Shown: positions 13,548-25,667 of the stretch, piece after piece
Position numbering within the stretch: the stretch's first letter is position 1
How the letters are laid out: each line of letters starts with the position of its first letter
Origin: Amoebidium appalachense
Lineage: Eukaryota > Protista > Ichthyosporea
NCBI GenBank assembly: GCA_963693365.1
Contig: CAVNZM010000016.1
Location: 1,054,005 to 1,118,004 of the forward strand
Length of the DNA: 64,000 bases
Reading direction: 5' to 3'
Notes under the pieces: generated by a model
Databases searched by the model: none
Seen by the model: only the letters and a program-made list of their open reading frames with translations
Told to the model about the DNA's origin: nothing
Program-made: the position numbers and the translations under genes

Positions 13548-14329
13548 CTAGAATTTTGTAGTGATGTGTTTCTCAAGCCAATCAATACATCTAATAAACA
13601 GGTCGTAGCTACGCGTGTTTAGTATAAAATCAAGGATGTTGTAATTTTCAGGTAGGCTATCTTTCTGGGTGTCTGTTGTGAATGTGTCGTGTGTGTGTTG
13701 CGGTATTATGTGGTCTATCAAGCTACATTTGGCAATACATGATCGTTTAAACTGGTGTGTGTGTGTGTTGTTTGGGCATGTAAACGATGCCACCTTTTAC
13801 TTATTAGATTTCCACTGTATAGCACGTGTACAGTAAAGGCGTGGTAAGTGATCAATAATACCATCAGCTAGAGAATGACCAGTTGTACAGGAAGGTAATA
13901 TGTATTTAGGTATTATACATTTGCGAGTGCCATATTTGGCAATATGGTTAAGGCGGTCATTATATATAAAAGGAGACACAAGGCTTAGTTTTTCAAGGTG
14001 TCTGCTTTCATTGGGTCTAGTGTCGTGTGGTATCCTTTTCCATTTGTTATATTGTGTAATTATTTTGTGATTATGTACATTAGGCTAATAAGTAAGTGGC
14101 AGTCCAAAGTCACACGCACATTTTTGTGGGGTTTATTTGTATTTGTGCCCGGGGAAGAAGGAGAGAGAGAGGGAAGGAAAGAGGGGAGAGGTGGGGAGGG
14201 GACAGGTCGGATAGAGAAGAGAGGGTGGGAGGGCAGATAATTCTATAAGCGGCTTATGTGCTTATTGAATTTCAGCGCGAGATGGGATACTCTAGCAGCT
14301 ATTGGGACCAGACCATATATCGAGAGCGT
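13201..14329 (-). pseudogene. 5'-truncated, degraded copy of the LINE at 20945-25814
   Basis: Colinear with 20945-22072 (RT C-terminus ...NILDFILNTRSYDLFIRCIDWLEKHITTKF, (AC)n, A-tract, 94-bp terminal unit), with stops and frameshifts. Confidence 0.9.
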
Positions 14330-14471
14330 GAAAACGTCGGGACAGGTCAGGGAATCGGATAAACTGAAATCCGATGGTATGATTGGATCCGGGTCGAATC
14401 CCTTCTAAAACTTTGAGCCATTTGATTGGGACAGAGATTCCCTTTAATTTTAAAATTTCTGGGTTATCACT
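14330..14471 (-). mobile_element. MITE-like element, copy B (inverted relative to copy A)
   Basis: aaactgaaatccgat...gagccatttgattgggac...gattccct...ctgggttatcact is the reverse complement of 12581-12690; begins where LINE homology stops. Confidence 0.6.
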
Positions 14472-15505
14472 CAAGTTGCCAAATGAAGTGACCGCCTACT
14501 GTAACAGTGTACCTCGATCCCGAGCACTAGTGTTTCAAAATTTAAAATTTAAAATGCGCTGATATTCTTAAAGACCAAATAGGCATTTCTCCGACACTTT
14601 ATAAGGCAAATGCCTAAAAAGGGGGCATAACCACATATAGGTGCAAACAGGCATTTTGCCCATGTGTGCCACACACATCATGAGATTAGCCTTTCGATTA
14701 CAATCACACTTGCGCCAGCAGCCTGAAATGAAATCTTACAGAAAATCGATATGCCAACATAGACCTTTAAAGGGGGTTTCTTTTAGCTTTCCGGGTCGGG
14801 TCGGGTCATAGGGATTTCTAGCTATGTGATTGGCCTGCGGCGCATCAGAGTCGGTCCCGGTAACAGACAAGTTTTGCCGGCAGCAAGGCACAGATGTGCC
14901 ATAACACACACACACACACGAAAAAACAGAAGAAGAAGAAAAGAGAAAAAAAAAAGGAAGAAAACGGGAATATTAATAACAAGGGCTAGGAAGAGGATTG
15001 CGGTTTGAAATTTGGATGAATATGGCTTGACCCGGATGTGCTGGAATGTGCCCAATTAATCGGCCTAAAAGAAATTTAACCCCCTTAAAAGCACCATAAC
15101 TACTGTACATAAAGTAAAACGAGCCCCCCCCCACCCCCTTCCCCGAGCAAACCCACACCCACACCCGCCAACCTACCCACCGCTGCTGCCCGAGCCGCCA
15201 AAACACCACCCCTCACAGTACTACACTGATGCATAATATTGTCATTTATTGTTGTGATTAATATGTACTGTGGCATGACATTGTACTACTAGTAAGCCAG
15301 GCACTGACAGCCGCCAAAACACATGAAGAAGTTAGATAATGTGGTCTACTAAATTATGTATATTCATAATAATTATTCATCAGTTACCGTAACGCAGGAA
15401 ACAAAACGAGCTAGGATGAACGGTACTTTTTCCAAAGCTACACATATTTCTTATATCATCAGTATATTCAAAGTTGAAAAAAAAAAGGTGGCTGCCGACT
15501 AGAGA

Positions 15506-16596
15506 TCAGTTTCCGGGGAGAGGTGAATGAGTGTTTTTGGGTGGCCTGCCTCTCCTCTTGGGTGCATCTATGGCCCCGGTCTCTGCCAGGGGTGTTATCG
15601 TGGTGGGTGGACTAATAAGCTCATAACCATATCTGGTGGGGCTAAAATTAGTGGGGGGCAGAAGGCCCCGTGGTTCGTCCTGCTGTGCCCATTCGTCCAG
15701 CATAAACCTATCATACACTTCAATTGCTTCCAATTTGGTTGCATAGCTTCCCAGATATGGCCGTAATCTTACCGAAATCTTTCGAGCAGAGGAACTTGAA
15801 TTCCCCACAGTTGAAAAAGTGCGGGCAAACTGCAGGCCATGAATACGCCATGGCTTCGAATAATTTCTAATGGCCCCAAACCTGCTCACCCCTATGCACC
15901 TACCTCTGCGTGCCTGATTCTCTGTGAGATAATCACTCTCCCTCAAGAAATTGATCCTTTTAAGCTTCTCCGCTTTTGGCAATTTGGAGGCTCTCAGAGC
16001 CACATCCACGGCACATGCCGCCTCAATATCAGTCGAAAAGTAGCCAATGGGGCGTCGTTTGCCAGTCTCATCTGTAAAATATGCAAAACACACCCTTCCG
16101 GATTCCCAAGCCCTGCTATGCCTATGTACACCCCGAAACACAGAGGAATATTCCCTCCCGACCTTTTCTTTCCACCGTTTAACCACTGTCTCCGTCTCCT
16201 CAGTCGTGCGCTCAAATTGCTCCAACAAGCCCAGGCTGACGTTGGTCCTTGCCAGGTATTTCTCGTCCAGCACTTTTAATTGGACGAGGTAACGAATCGC
16301 AATGTCGGTGTGTCGTGCAGCAGACGCCGGACAATCAAAACAGCCAACGTGGAACGAAATAGCTCTAACATTTGCCACCCATTTGGACCTTCCTTGGTCC
16401 CAATAAACACCCCTGAATTTGGGCTCCTTGTCAGGCCCTGAGCCCTGAAATTTGGTGGACACAGACCTTGCAGCCTGCAGCGGATTCATCGGCCAAATCA
16501 CAGTGTTGGCCTGGTGGGGGCAGACTGTCAGCACTGCATAAACTTCTAAGACTGATTCATGTTTTATAATCTCATACTTGGATGTCAGGTGACTGC

Positions 16597-16689
<93 letters not shown>

Positions 16690-16817
16690 TGTGTGCGTGC
16701 GTGTGTGTGTGTGTGTGTGTGTGTGCGAATGTATCTGTGACACATGCACACTGTTTTTGTATGTGTAGACACGAGCGTTTGTGTGTGCGCGTAAGTGTGT
16801 ACATTTAAATTATCTTG

Positions 16818-16858
<41 letters not shown>

Positions 16859-16896
16859 GGGGGGAGAGAGAGAGAGAGGAGGGGGGGAGGGAGAGA

Positions 16897-16941
<45 letters not shown>

Positions 16942-16948
16942 AGGGAGG

Positions 16949-17001
<53 letters not shown>

Positions 17002-17082
17002 AGGGAGAGTGTGTGTGTGTGTTCAAGTGGGTGTACATGTGTATTCGGGCCACCGTAATTCATTGATGGGGTTTGTGTTTGT

Positions 17083-17152
<70 letters not shown>

Positions 17153-17484
17153 TGTGCGTGTCAAGTTTGTGCTTGCGTATGTAGACATGTGTAAGCAACC
17201 CCCCCCCCCCCCCCCCCTTCCCCACTATACCCACTTGAGAGTATGATGGGTGGCGGGTGGGGTGGGTGGATGGGTGGGTGTACATGGGTTGGCTGCTCCG
17301 AAGTGGGGGGGGGGGGGGGGGGGGGGGGGGACAGACTTACCCTGATGGAGCCGGTGAATGTTCGGCTGACACAAGTAGGAAAGAACGGCATTTGGACCAT
17401 GGGCCCTGCTGCTCGTAAACGATTGGCCAGATAATCTGGGAGAGGGGGTGTAAGGGGATTGGTTAAACCAAACCAGGCCTGTAT
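15506..17484 (-). CDS. Protein with three AP2/ERF-like DNA-binding domains and a C-terminal AT-hook; 5' exons uncertain
   Basis: Last exon 16510-15506: KFRGVYW..KWVANV..VGCF..AARHTDIA..TNV; SSVFRGVH..IGYFSTDIEAACAVDVA..INF; CIGVSR..YLGSYATKLEAIEVYD..TNF; KRRGRPPK. Upstream exon ~17484-17341 with a GTAAG donor fits in phase 0; further exons may extend to ~20430. Confidence 0.7.
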
Positions 17485-18318
17485 CTGTGGAGGAGAGGGG
17501 GGGGGGGGGGGGGGGGGGGGGGGACGGTGGGAGAGGGAGGGGCTACTGTTTCGAAAGCGATTGTGGTTTTCTTCGACTTGCAAGTCAATATTTGCTTGTG
17601 GAGATGTGTGTGTGTATTCGTGCTGGTTGTGTGCTTCCAGATTTCAAAGTTTGTTTGCGCATGCAAAAATTTGTGCAGTTCTCTGATCTGTAGGGGTGTG
17701 TGAGTAAGTGTGTGTGTGTGCATGTACGTGCTTACGTGCATAATTGCAAGGGCAAACCTGTATGCGTACATGCGCACACGTTTTATAAAGTTTTATGTCC
17801 GTGTGTGTGTGTGTGTGTGTGTGTGCGTGCGTGCGTGCGTGTGTGTGTGTGTGTGCGCGCCCATGTGTGCATGTGTATGTGTGTGTGTGTGTGTGTGTGT
17901 ACGTGTTAGCGTCTCTGTGCATGTGTGTGCACGCATGCGTGCCTGTAAGCGCATGTCTGTGTACGAGCGTGTGTGTCTGCGAGCACGTGCGAATCATCTG
18001 TGATGGAACAGTTCTCAGACTGTGTGTGTGTTTGTGCACCCGGGGAGATATCACACCTGCCCGTGGTGCCAAGGAGTGCATGTGGCGCTGTGTGGTTGTG
18101 GTCATGGTACCACGGTCCACTGGGCGCCTAAAAATAGCTCCGGCAGCCAGATGGGTGGGTGCATGGGTGAGAGACGCACGGAAGAAACATGGCTGCAGCC
18201 AGAATTGGATTAGTCGAACATGAAGTGATTGTGGTTGGTTAGTGGCCATGTACGTGAGAATGTCTGTGTGTGTGTGTGTGTGTTTGAGTGTGTGTGTATG
18301 TGTGTGCATGTGTGTGTG

Positions 18319-18357
<39 letters not shown>

Positions 18358-18719
18358 ACGCGTGCGTGCGTGCGTGCGTGCGTGCGTGCCGTGCGTACGT
18401 GTGTATGTGTTTTTTTTGTTTTTTGTTTTTTTTTTTCTTCGGGGGGGGGGGGGGGGGAGGGAGGGGGGGGGGGGGGGGGGGATTCAGGGAGGAGCGGCAA
18501 CAATGGTAGCAATGACATTGAAAACCTACGAATGTGAAAGCATAAATGAGGAATCCAAAACATGCAGGCAGAAAATACTTGAGCAGGATTGTGGGGTTCC
18601 TGGGGGAGAGGGCAGGGGGAGGGGGAAGGGGGGAGGGGGGGGGGGGCAAGGCGAATAGAGCACAAAAAAATTAGCAGAATCTCTCTTCATCCTTTGCCTC
18701 CGATAGCGTTGGGTGTGTT

Positions 18720-18752
<33 letters not shown>

Positions 18753-18906
18753 ACTGACCAGGTGTGTGCATGCACACACTTTCAGTTGTTCACTTCCTTT
18801 CCTTTCTCTCTTACAACCACTAATGAGGTAGGTCAAAGTGAGAAGCCGAGAGGGGAAGGGAGCTGGGGGAGGTGGGGGGGAGGAGGGTGGGTGGGTGAAT
18901 AGGGAT

Positions 18907-18943
<37 letters not shown>

Positions 18944-19763
18944 GGGGTGTCCCCTTACTGTGGCTGCTGGGGGCAGTATTTTGTTAAGAAAAGGCAGCCC
19001 TTGGCAGAGCCACACACCACCCTGTGCCCACCATCCAGCCATAGTGCCTATGTGTGTGTGTGTGTAGGAAAAAAGAGAGTGTGAAAATGACAACACAACA
19101 GTAGAACACCTTTACAAAAACGAGCTTTCAATTGCAAAGAAACATCAGACACATTTGATTCTTAGCGTATTGGTGACTCCAACAATCAACCCGCACTCTG
19201 TCAAAAGCAATAAGCGTGCAAACTATGGGTGCACTAGACTCCTTTGCCCCACCTTACAAGTATGATAATATATGTGATCACACCAAGACGGTATGTACGA
19301 GCCTGCACAACAAAGCACGTAGTTAGAGCACAGGGTATCAAACACCAATACTTAGGATGATACGGGTTAGTGATGCAAAGTCCATCCTCTTCAGTCGAAT
19401 AGGGCTCTTCTTTTCTTCTTGTTATTTTTCTTGGGGGGAGGGGGGAAGAGGGGGGGGGGGGGGGATGGCGTGACCCATATCAAGGACACCCCTGTGTTTT
19501 TTTTGCAGCAGGCAGCAAGAAGAGAGATTGGTGCCGAGGATAGGAGCTGGGGGGGGGGGGGGGGGGGGAAGCAGGGAGGACGTCCAAAGTACGGGGGGGC
19601 GGAGGGTGGGGTGTAAAGAGGGATAAGGGGGGGAGTAGGGGTGGAAGGTGGTTATTTTTTTTATTTGGGGGGGGGGGGGGGGGGGGGGGGGGGAGGGACG
19701 AAGCAGGAAGGAAGGAAGGAAGGGTGAAACTCGCCAGGAGAGCGGTACTGTGGAGTGGTGGAA

Positions 19764-19812
<49 letters not shown>

Positions 19813-19938
19813 CATGCAGTGCGTAGTACGCATTTCGATGGAGTAAACCGTCGATTTAGGAAAGGCACACAAGCATGCGCACGTGAGTGTATAAACACCG
19901 ATGGATGGGTGGGTGGGTGGGTGAGTTGGTGGGTGGGG

Positions 19939-19976
<38 letters not shown>

Positions 19977-20662
19977 TCAGTAACGACCGAATTCGGTGCG
20001 ATCCCACACAGCTAGCAAGTGTTATTCACTTTAACATTCCTACAAGAAAAGATCGTACTCCTCCTGCTGGACACCACTGACCCAATCACCTTGGTAAAGA
20101 ATTAGAAACAACCAAACTGAGTAACGGGGCTTATTTAAGAAAACAAGTTTTTTGAGGACGTGCACAATCACACTGAGTGAACGTAGACAAGTAGACAACT
20201 CTTATGGCCTACACATTCTCACCGAAAGACGTATGCAGGATGCTTCACACACGCGTTCATACACGCATTCACACACGCACACGGACGCGCACGCACGCAC
20301 GCGCACGCACGCACAGGGGGTGCACCTACCAACTCGGCTCAAGGAGTTGTCCACGAGTCGGAGGTTGGTCACAGGCAGCCAGAACAAAACCGGTAAAAGC
20401 GATTGGCCCTCCAACGATCCTTAAATGCGCAACGAAAAGAAAACTGACAGAATATAGGGTAGGTGTGTGGCCCAGTGAGTGTGTGAAAGAGGTAGTTCGG
20501 GAGAGAGAGAGAGACAGGGAGACCAGAATACAAATGAGTTGCAGAAAAAGCGTGGGCGGTGATGCACTTTCGAAGCTAAGTGCAGTGATAACCTGAACCG
20601 ACCAATGATGAGAAAAATACAGAGAGAGAGAGAGTCCGGCGCCTATTTCGTAGCGAAAACAG

Positions 20663-20926
20663 GGGGATATTCCGAGCAAAACCCCCCCCATACCTGAGAC
20701 TGGTTTCTCTTTGCCTCGAGTAAACAGCGTAAACCCCCCATCATGATATACCGCTGAGGGGATATTCCGAGCAAAAACCCCCCAGACCTGAGACTGGTCT
20801 CTCTTTGCCTCGAGTAAACAGCGTAAACCCCCCATCATGATATACCGCTGAGGGGTTATTCCGAGCAAAAACCCCCCATACCTGAGACTGGTCTCTCTTT
20901 GCATCGAGTAAACAGCGTAAACCCCC
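20663..20926 (+). repeat. Tandem array (~2.8 x 94 bp) of the LINE 3'-terminal unit, inverted relative to the LINE
   Basis: Units ggggatattccgagcaaaa...cctgagactgg...gcctcgagtaaacagcgtaaacccccc(atcatgatataccgctga) start at ~20663, 20758 and 20852; reverse complement at 20945-21037. Confidence 0.9.
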
Positions 20927-21139
20927 GTATACATATATATATCTGGGGGTTTACGCTGTTTACTCGAGGCAAAGAGAACCAGTCTCAGGTATGGGGGGGG
21001 TTTTGCTCGGAATATCCCCTCAGCGGTATATCATGATCACGTACATAGATGTCGGGTGGTGACTATATATCAGGGTTTACTGTCTCTACGAGACACCATA
21101 AAGACTACAAGGAGAAATCAATTAGTTGGGGTTCCCCGT

Positions 21140-21182
<43 letters not shown>

Positions 21183-21214
21183 GGGCTTCCCTCGGGACAC
21201 TCGGTATCAGCTGG

Positions 21215-21293
<79 letters not shown>

Positions 21294-21294
<1 letters not shown>

Positions 21295-23400
21295 TATAAT
21301 TTTGTAGTGATGTGTTTCTCAAGCCAATCAATACATCTAATAAACAGGTCGTAGTTACGTGTGTTTAGTATAAAATCAAGGATGTTGTAATTTACAGGTA
21401 GGCTATCTTTCTGGGTGTCTGTTGTGAATGTGACGTGTGTGTGTTGCGGTATTATGTGGTCTATCAAACTACATTTGGCGATACATGACCGGTTAAACTG
21501 GTGTGTGTGTGTGTTGTTTGGGCATGCAAATGATGCCACCTTATACTTATTAGATCTCCACTGTATAGCACGTGTACAGTAAAAGCGTGGTAATTGATCA
21601 ATAATACCATCAGCTAGAGAAAGACCAGTTCTACAGGAAGGTAATATGTATTTAGGTGTTATACACTTGCGAGTGCCATATTTGGCAATATGGTTGAGGC
21701 GGTCAGTATATATAAAACGAGACATAAGGCTTAGTTTTTCAAGGTGTATGCTTTCATCGGGTCTAGTGTCGTGTGGTATCTTTTTCCATTTGTTGTATTG
21801 CGTGATTATCTTGTGATTGTGTACATGTTTAATAAGTAAGTGGCAGTCCAAAGTCACACACACACTATTGCGGGGTTTATTTGTATTTGTGCCCAGGGGA
21901 GAAGGGGAGAGAGAGGGGAGGAAAGAGGGGGGAGGTGAGGAGGGGACAGGTCGGATAGAGAAGAGAGGGTGGGAGGGCAAATACTTCTTTAAGCGGCTTA
22001 TGTGCTTATTGAATTTCAGCGCGAGATAGGATACTCTAGCAGCTATTGGGACCAGACCATATATCGAGAGCGTTACAGGCCCAGGTTTACAACAGTTGTT
22101 AGATAGAAAGGAGGCAACTTCTGCTTCAAGGAAATTTGCCAAGGGTTTAAGCGCTCTAGTTCTCTCTTTCTTGATCCAAGCGGCGAGAAGGGGTAAACCA
22201 TATTCACATGCCGGGAAGACAAAAGTGCGAATAAATGTAAGTCTAATAGAAGGATGGAGGGGTGTGTCTTTAAAAATATTAGCCGAGAAGAAAGCTAACC
22301 GCTTACGAGCCAACTCTACCCTCTTTTCGACCATATGGGGAAACATAACACCAACAGAATCAACCGGAACACCAAGATATTTGTATTCTGGAACTATAGG
22401 TACAGGTTTAGATGATAATGTAAATGTGTGTAAATTGTTAGCTATATCAGGTACAAGAACACCACATTTGTCTATGTTAAGGATCATAAGGTTTGCCTTG
22501 CACCACTCTGACACTACATCGAACAATCTTTGCAGGCGTCTAGGGGTACGGGCAAGGAGGGACAGATCATCAGCATAGAGAAGTGCAGGCGGAAAGTTAT
22601 TAATAGGGTCATCGTTTTCGGCGTAAATTTTGACAGCCAAATCATCTATAAATAGGTTAAACAAAAAGGGGCTAAGCAATGAGCCCTGCAAGAGACCTCT
22701 AGTACGAGCAAAACCATATGAAAGATGCCCATTAACCACAGCTCTACCATAGGTTTGAGACAAGAGTGCTTCTAACAGAACACCAATGCAGTGTGGTACA
22801 CCCCGTGCAGCAAGCTTTTCCCATAGGAGACCAGGGGAGACAGAATCGTAAGCAGTTTTCCAATCAATAAAGCCAACATATTGTGCACCAACTTGCATAG
22901 AATCGTGCAGTGCCATTATTTGAACATAACATGAATTGTTTTTACGAAAAGCGGATTGGCATGGGTGTATGTGAAGAATAGATTGAAACCTAGGGTGGTG
23001 TGCAAATAACCTAAGTAAGCAAGCTTCAAAGAATCTACGAACAACCTCGGTTAGTGTAATGGGGCGAAAGGATGATATGGGGCCCTCAGAGTCCTTCTTA
23101 ACTATGGGGATCACTAAGGTATCTAACCAAGATGACGGGACATGTCCACATTTAACACACCAAGAAAAGAGAGAGCTTAACATGATAGTAAGATCAGGTT
23201 TAATAGCACGATCACTTTCCTTTTGTGGGTAGGAGGGAACAAGGATTTTAAGAAACCCAGCAGGGAGTCCATCAGGTCCACAAGACTTACTAGAGCTATA
23301 ACTAGATATCACAGACCATATGGCATCGGGGCTGAAAAAGGGGAGGATCGATTCTATGGGGATAGATGGGTCTACAGGCCACACAATAGGTTTCTGAGCG
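21294..23400 (-). CDS. LINE ORF2, reverse transcriptase part
   Basis: KSCGPDGL, FRPITL, QSAFR, FIDWKTAYDSV, RGLLQGSLLSPFLFNLFID, LYADD, YKYLGV. Frameshifted from the endonuclease part at a C7 run (~23400-23406). Confidence 0.93.
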
Positions 23401-24490
23401 GGGGGGTCCTATCTTTAAACAGTTCCGAGAAATACTTATCAGAGTCTATGAGGGGGTCTCCAGTGGTATCACCAATAATACGAGCAGGGGGGCCAAATCG
23501 ATTCATACTAGCAAGCCGGCGCAAGCTTTCCTTTTGAGACAGGGGTTCACCTAGTCTAGCGGGAGTGGTGTTTGGTAACAAGAGAGCATCGGGATATTCC
23601 TTCCTACCACCGCCAGCATAATCACCGAGATCTATCAAATCATCAACAATAAAGTTAGTGCATGTATCTAGTACGAGATGTGAATCTGGCCTGGCTTGTG
23701 CAGATTCTAATAGGCGCATATATATAGGGTGTTTCGTAGCATAGCATACACATACATCAACTCTACCCCACTGTGACTTAAGCTGGGATAGACGGAGGCG
23801 AAAGGTGGGAGGAGGAGGGGGGAGCAGATCAAGGGAGATCTTAGGTAGGAAAAGGATAGGAGAGTGGTCAGATGACCTAGAGAGGTTAGGAGGGAGAGAG
23901 AGTTTTGACATGGTTGATGGCCAAAAGGCCACTCCCCAGTCGGTGTTGTGGGCATGGGATATTTGAGGGAACCGCAAAGTGTGACTTTGGACATACCTTG
24001 CTAAAGGGATAGCACGCTCCGGGGGCTTAGATGGGTACCCGACACTCACTTGCAGTGTGTCTGTGTGGTGGAGTCGCGTGTTAAAATCACCTAAAATAAC
24101 AGTGGACATTGGTAACTGTGACAACTCGTGAGTCAATTCGACAACCGACATAGATGGTGGGTAATATACAAAAGTAAAAACATTAGAAAGAAACTCTACA
24201 GAAACCGAGAATTCCGTTTTTGCTACCGGTTTGCACTTCACTCTCACGTGTGGTGCGGCAAGTACAATAATGCCTCGGTTTTTCGCGTAACCGGGGTGTG
24301 TGGATGTGTCGACCAATGTAGAGTTGAATTTGTGGTGGTTTTTAAACTGTGTTTCGCAAATCACTGTAAACGTGTGGTTGTTTGTCTGTTGTTGTATGTA
24401 GCTGATTTTATCGTCGAGTGTCCCGGGGGGGAGGCCCTTTTGGGGGCCCAGTGTCCGAGCATTCCAGAAGAAGAAGGATAAATTAGGCAT
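23372..24490 (-). CDS. LINE ORF2, apurinic-like endonuclease (APE) part
   Basis: FWNART, ICET, VYYPP, ILGDFN, SDHSPI motifs. Confidence 0.88.
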   Translation of the reverse strand: MPNLSFFFWNARTLGPQKGLPPGTLDDKISYIQQQTNNHTFTVICETQFKNHHKFNSTLVDTSTHPGYAKNRGIIVLAAPHVRVKCKPVAKTEFSVSVEFLSNVFTFVYYPPSMSVVELTHELSQLPMSTVILGDFNTRLHHTDTLQVSVGYPSKPPERAIPLARYVQSHTLRFPQISHAHNTDWGVAFWPSTMSKLSLPPNLSRSSDHSPILFLPKISLDLLPPPPPTFRLRLSQLKSQWGRVDVCVCYATKHPIYMRLLESAQARPDSHLVLDTCTNFIVDDLIDLGDYAGGGRKEYPDALLLPNTTPARLGEPLSQKESLRRLASMNRFGPPARIIGDTTGDPLIDSDKYFSELFKDRTPPLRNLLCGL

Positions 24491-25667
24491 CGGTTTGGTC
24501 CGACACCTGTGGGGTTGGTTCCCACTTGTCGCTTACGGGGTCGTATGCACGACCTTCCGCCAGCGCGAACAGTTCGCAGAAGAGCTCGATTTCCATCTCG
24601 CATCGGCGTTTGCGCTCGAGCAGTTTCTCACCAGAAAACATTGGTTCCTTCGTGTCCGTGTCTATCACGCTCGTAGCATCGTTTTCCAACTTTGCGAGGA
24701 ACTCTTTTGCCTTGCTGATGCGTACACGACAACGTGTGGCGCACGCATTCTTAGCAGACACTTTACGTTCTTTGTCTGCTTTCTGAATGTTTTCCGGCGC
24801 GCATGGGTCGTAGCTTGGGAGGTGGGTGAAGAAGCTTCCACACCCCTTTGTCGCGTCACGGATGAACGCACGGTTATAGTCGCCCCGTACTGCTACTTCC
24901 AGCACATCGTATCCAATGAAGGACAGACAAAGGATGCGAGAGCACCGGAAGCCGAGAGCCTTGAAGATGGACCACATGGCCCTGTGTGGGCGTCTGCCAT
25001 GCTTGACTTTGAAATACACCCTCTCGTATTTGGGTGGGATGTTGATGTTACCGTTTGCTTGGGTGTTCCCCTTAGCCGGCGGTTTGGGAGGGGAGTTGCG
25101 GCGGTACTCGTTGCCTGCAAGAATGCTGGCATATGTTTCCTTGGCAATTTGGCGGAGCTCGGGTGTTTTACGAGAGTTCGCATATTCTAGGAACTCTGCC
25201 GGGAGCTGTGCTTCCGGTCCTGTGTTGTTTTGTGTTGGGGTGGAAATGTCTCCGTCGCGAGATGTTTGCTCATGAGTTTTGGGGTTTTGCGATCCACTAA
25301 TGTTTAGCTGGGCTGTGAGTGAATCAATGGTGAGCTTGAGTTGGGTATTTTCTGTTTGGAGTTTTTCTATCATGTTCTTGAGTGGTAACAGCTCATTTAG
25401 CTGTTTCTTAACAAGGGCAAGTTCTGCCAGTACTGTATCAACCGAAAGTTTCGGCATGGTTGTTATTGTGTTTCTACGGAGTGGTGTGGTGTTATTCTGA
25501 ATGGGTAGTGTATTGTAAATAGGTGTTGCGCTTAGTCTAAGGCGATGTTTTTCTGGTTGTGCATCTGTGGTAGGTGTATCTGCTGGACGTTTTAATGATC
25601 GCACATGTGTGATGGGTGTAGATGGAACTTTGAAAGAGGTTCTGAAACGATTATAGGCATGTGCCAT
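24483..25667 (-). CDS. LINE ORF1 protein (coiled coil, no CCHC knuckle)
   Basis: 394-aa ORF directly upstream of ORF2 with an 8-nt overlap (ATGCCTAA); heptad segment LAELALVKKQLNEL...LTAQL; RILCLSFIG..LEVAV..YDP block recalled from ORF1s of early-diverging fungal LINEs. Confidence 0.8.
   Translation of the reverse strand: MAHAYNRFRTSFKVPSTPITHVRSLKRPADTPTTDAQPEKHRLRLSATPIYNTLPIQNNTTPLRRNTITTMPKLSVDTVLAELALVKKQLNELLPLKNMIEKLQTENTQLKLTIDSLTAQLNISGSQNPKTHEQTSRDGDISTPTQNNTGPEAQLPAEFLEYANSRKTPELRQIAKETYASILAGNEYRRNSPPKPPAKGNTQANGNINIPPKYERVYFKVKHGRRPHRAMWSIFKALGFRCSRILCLSFIGYDVLEVAVRGDYNRAFIRDATKGCGSFFTHLPSYDPCAPENIQKADKERKVSAKNACATRCRVRISKAKEFLAKLENDATSVIDTDTKEPMFSGEKLLERKRRCEMEIELFCELFALAEGRAYDPVSDKWEPTPQVSDQTDA

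Noticed and set aside
14385-14405. tRNA B-box-like gggtcgaatccc
   Set aside because: No cloverleaf or A-box, and the motif is not conserved in the sister copy at 12580-12710.
20663-21037. CRISPR-like array or hammerhead ribozyme in the 94-bp units
   Set aside because: No spacers, and no CUGANGA/GAAA core on either strand by eye.
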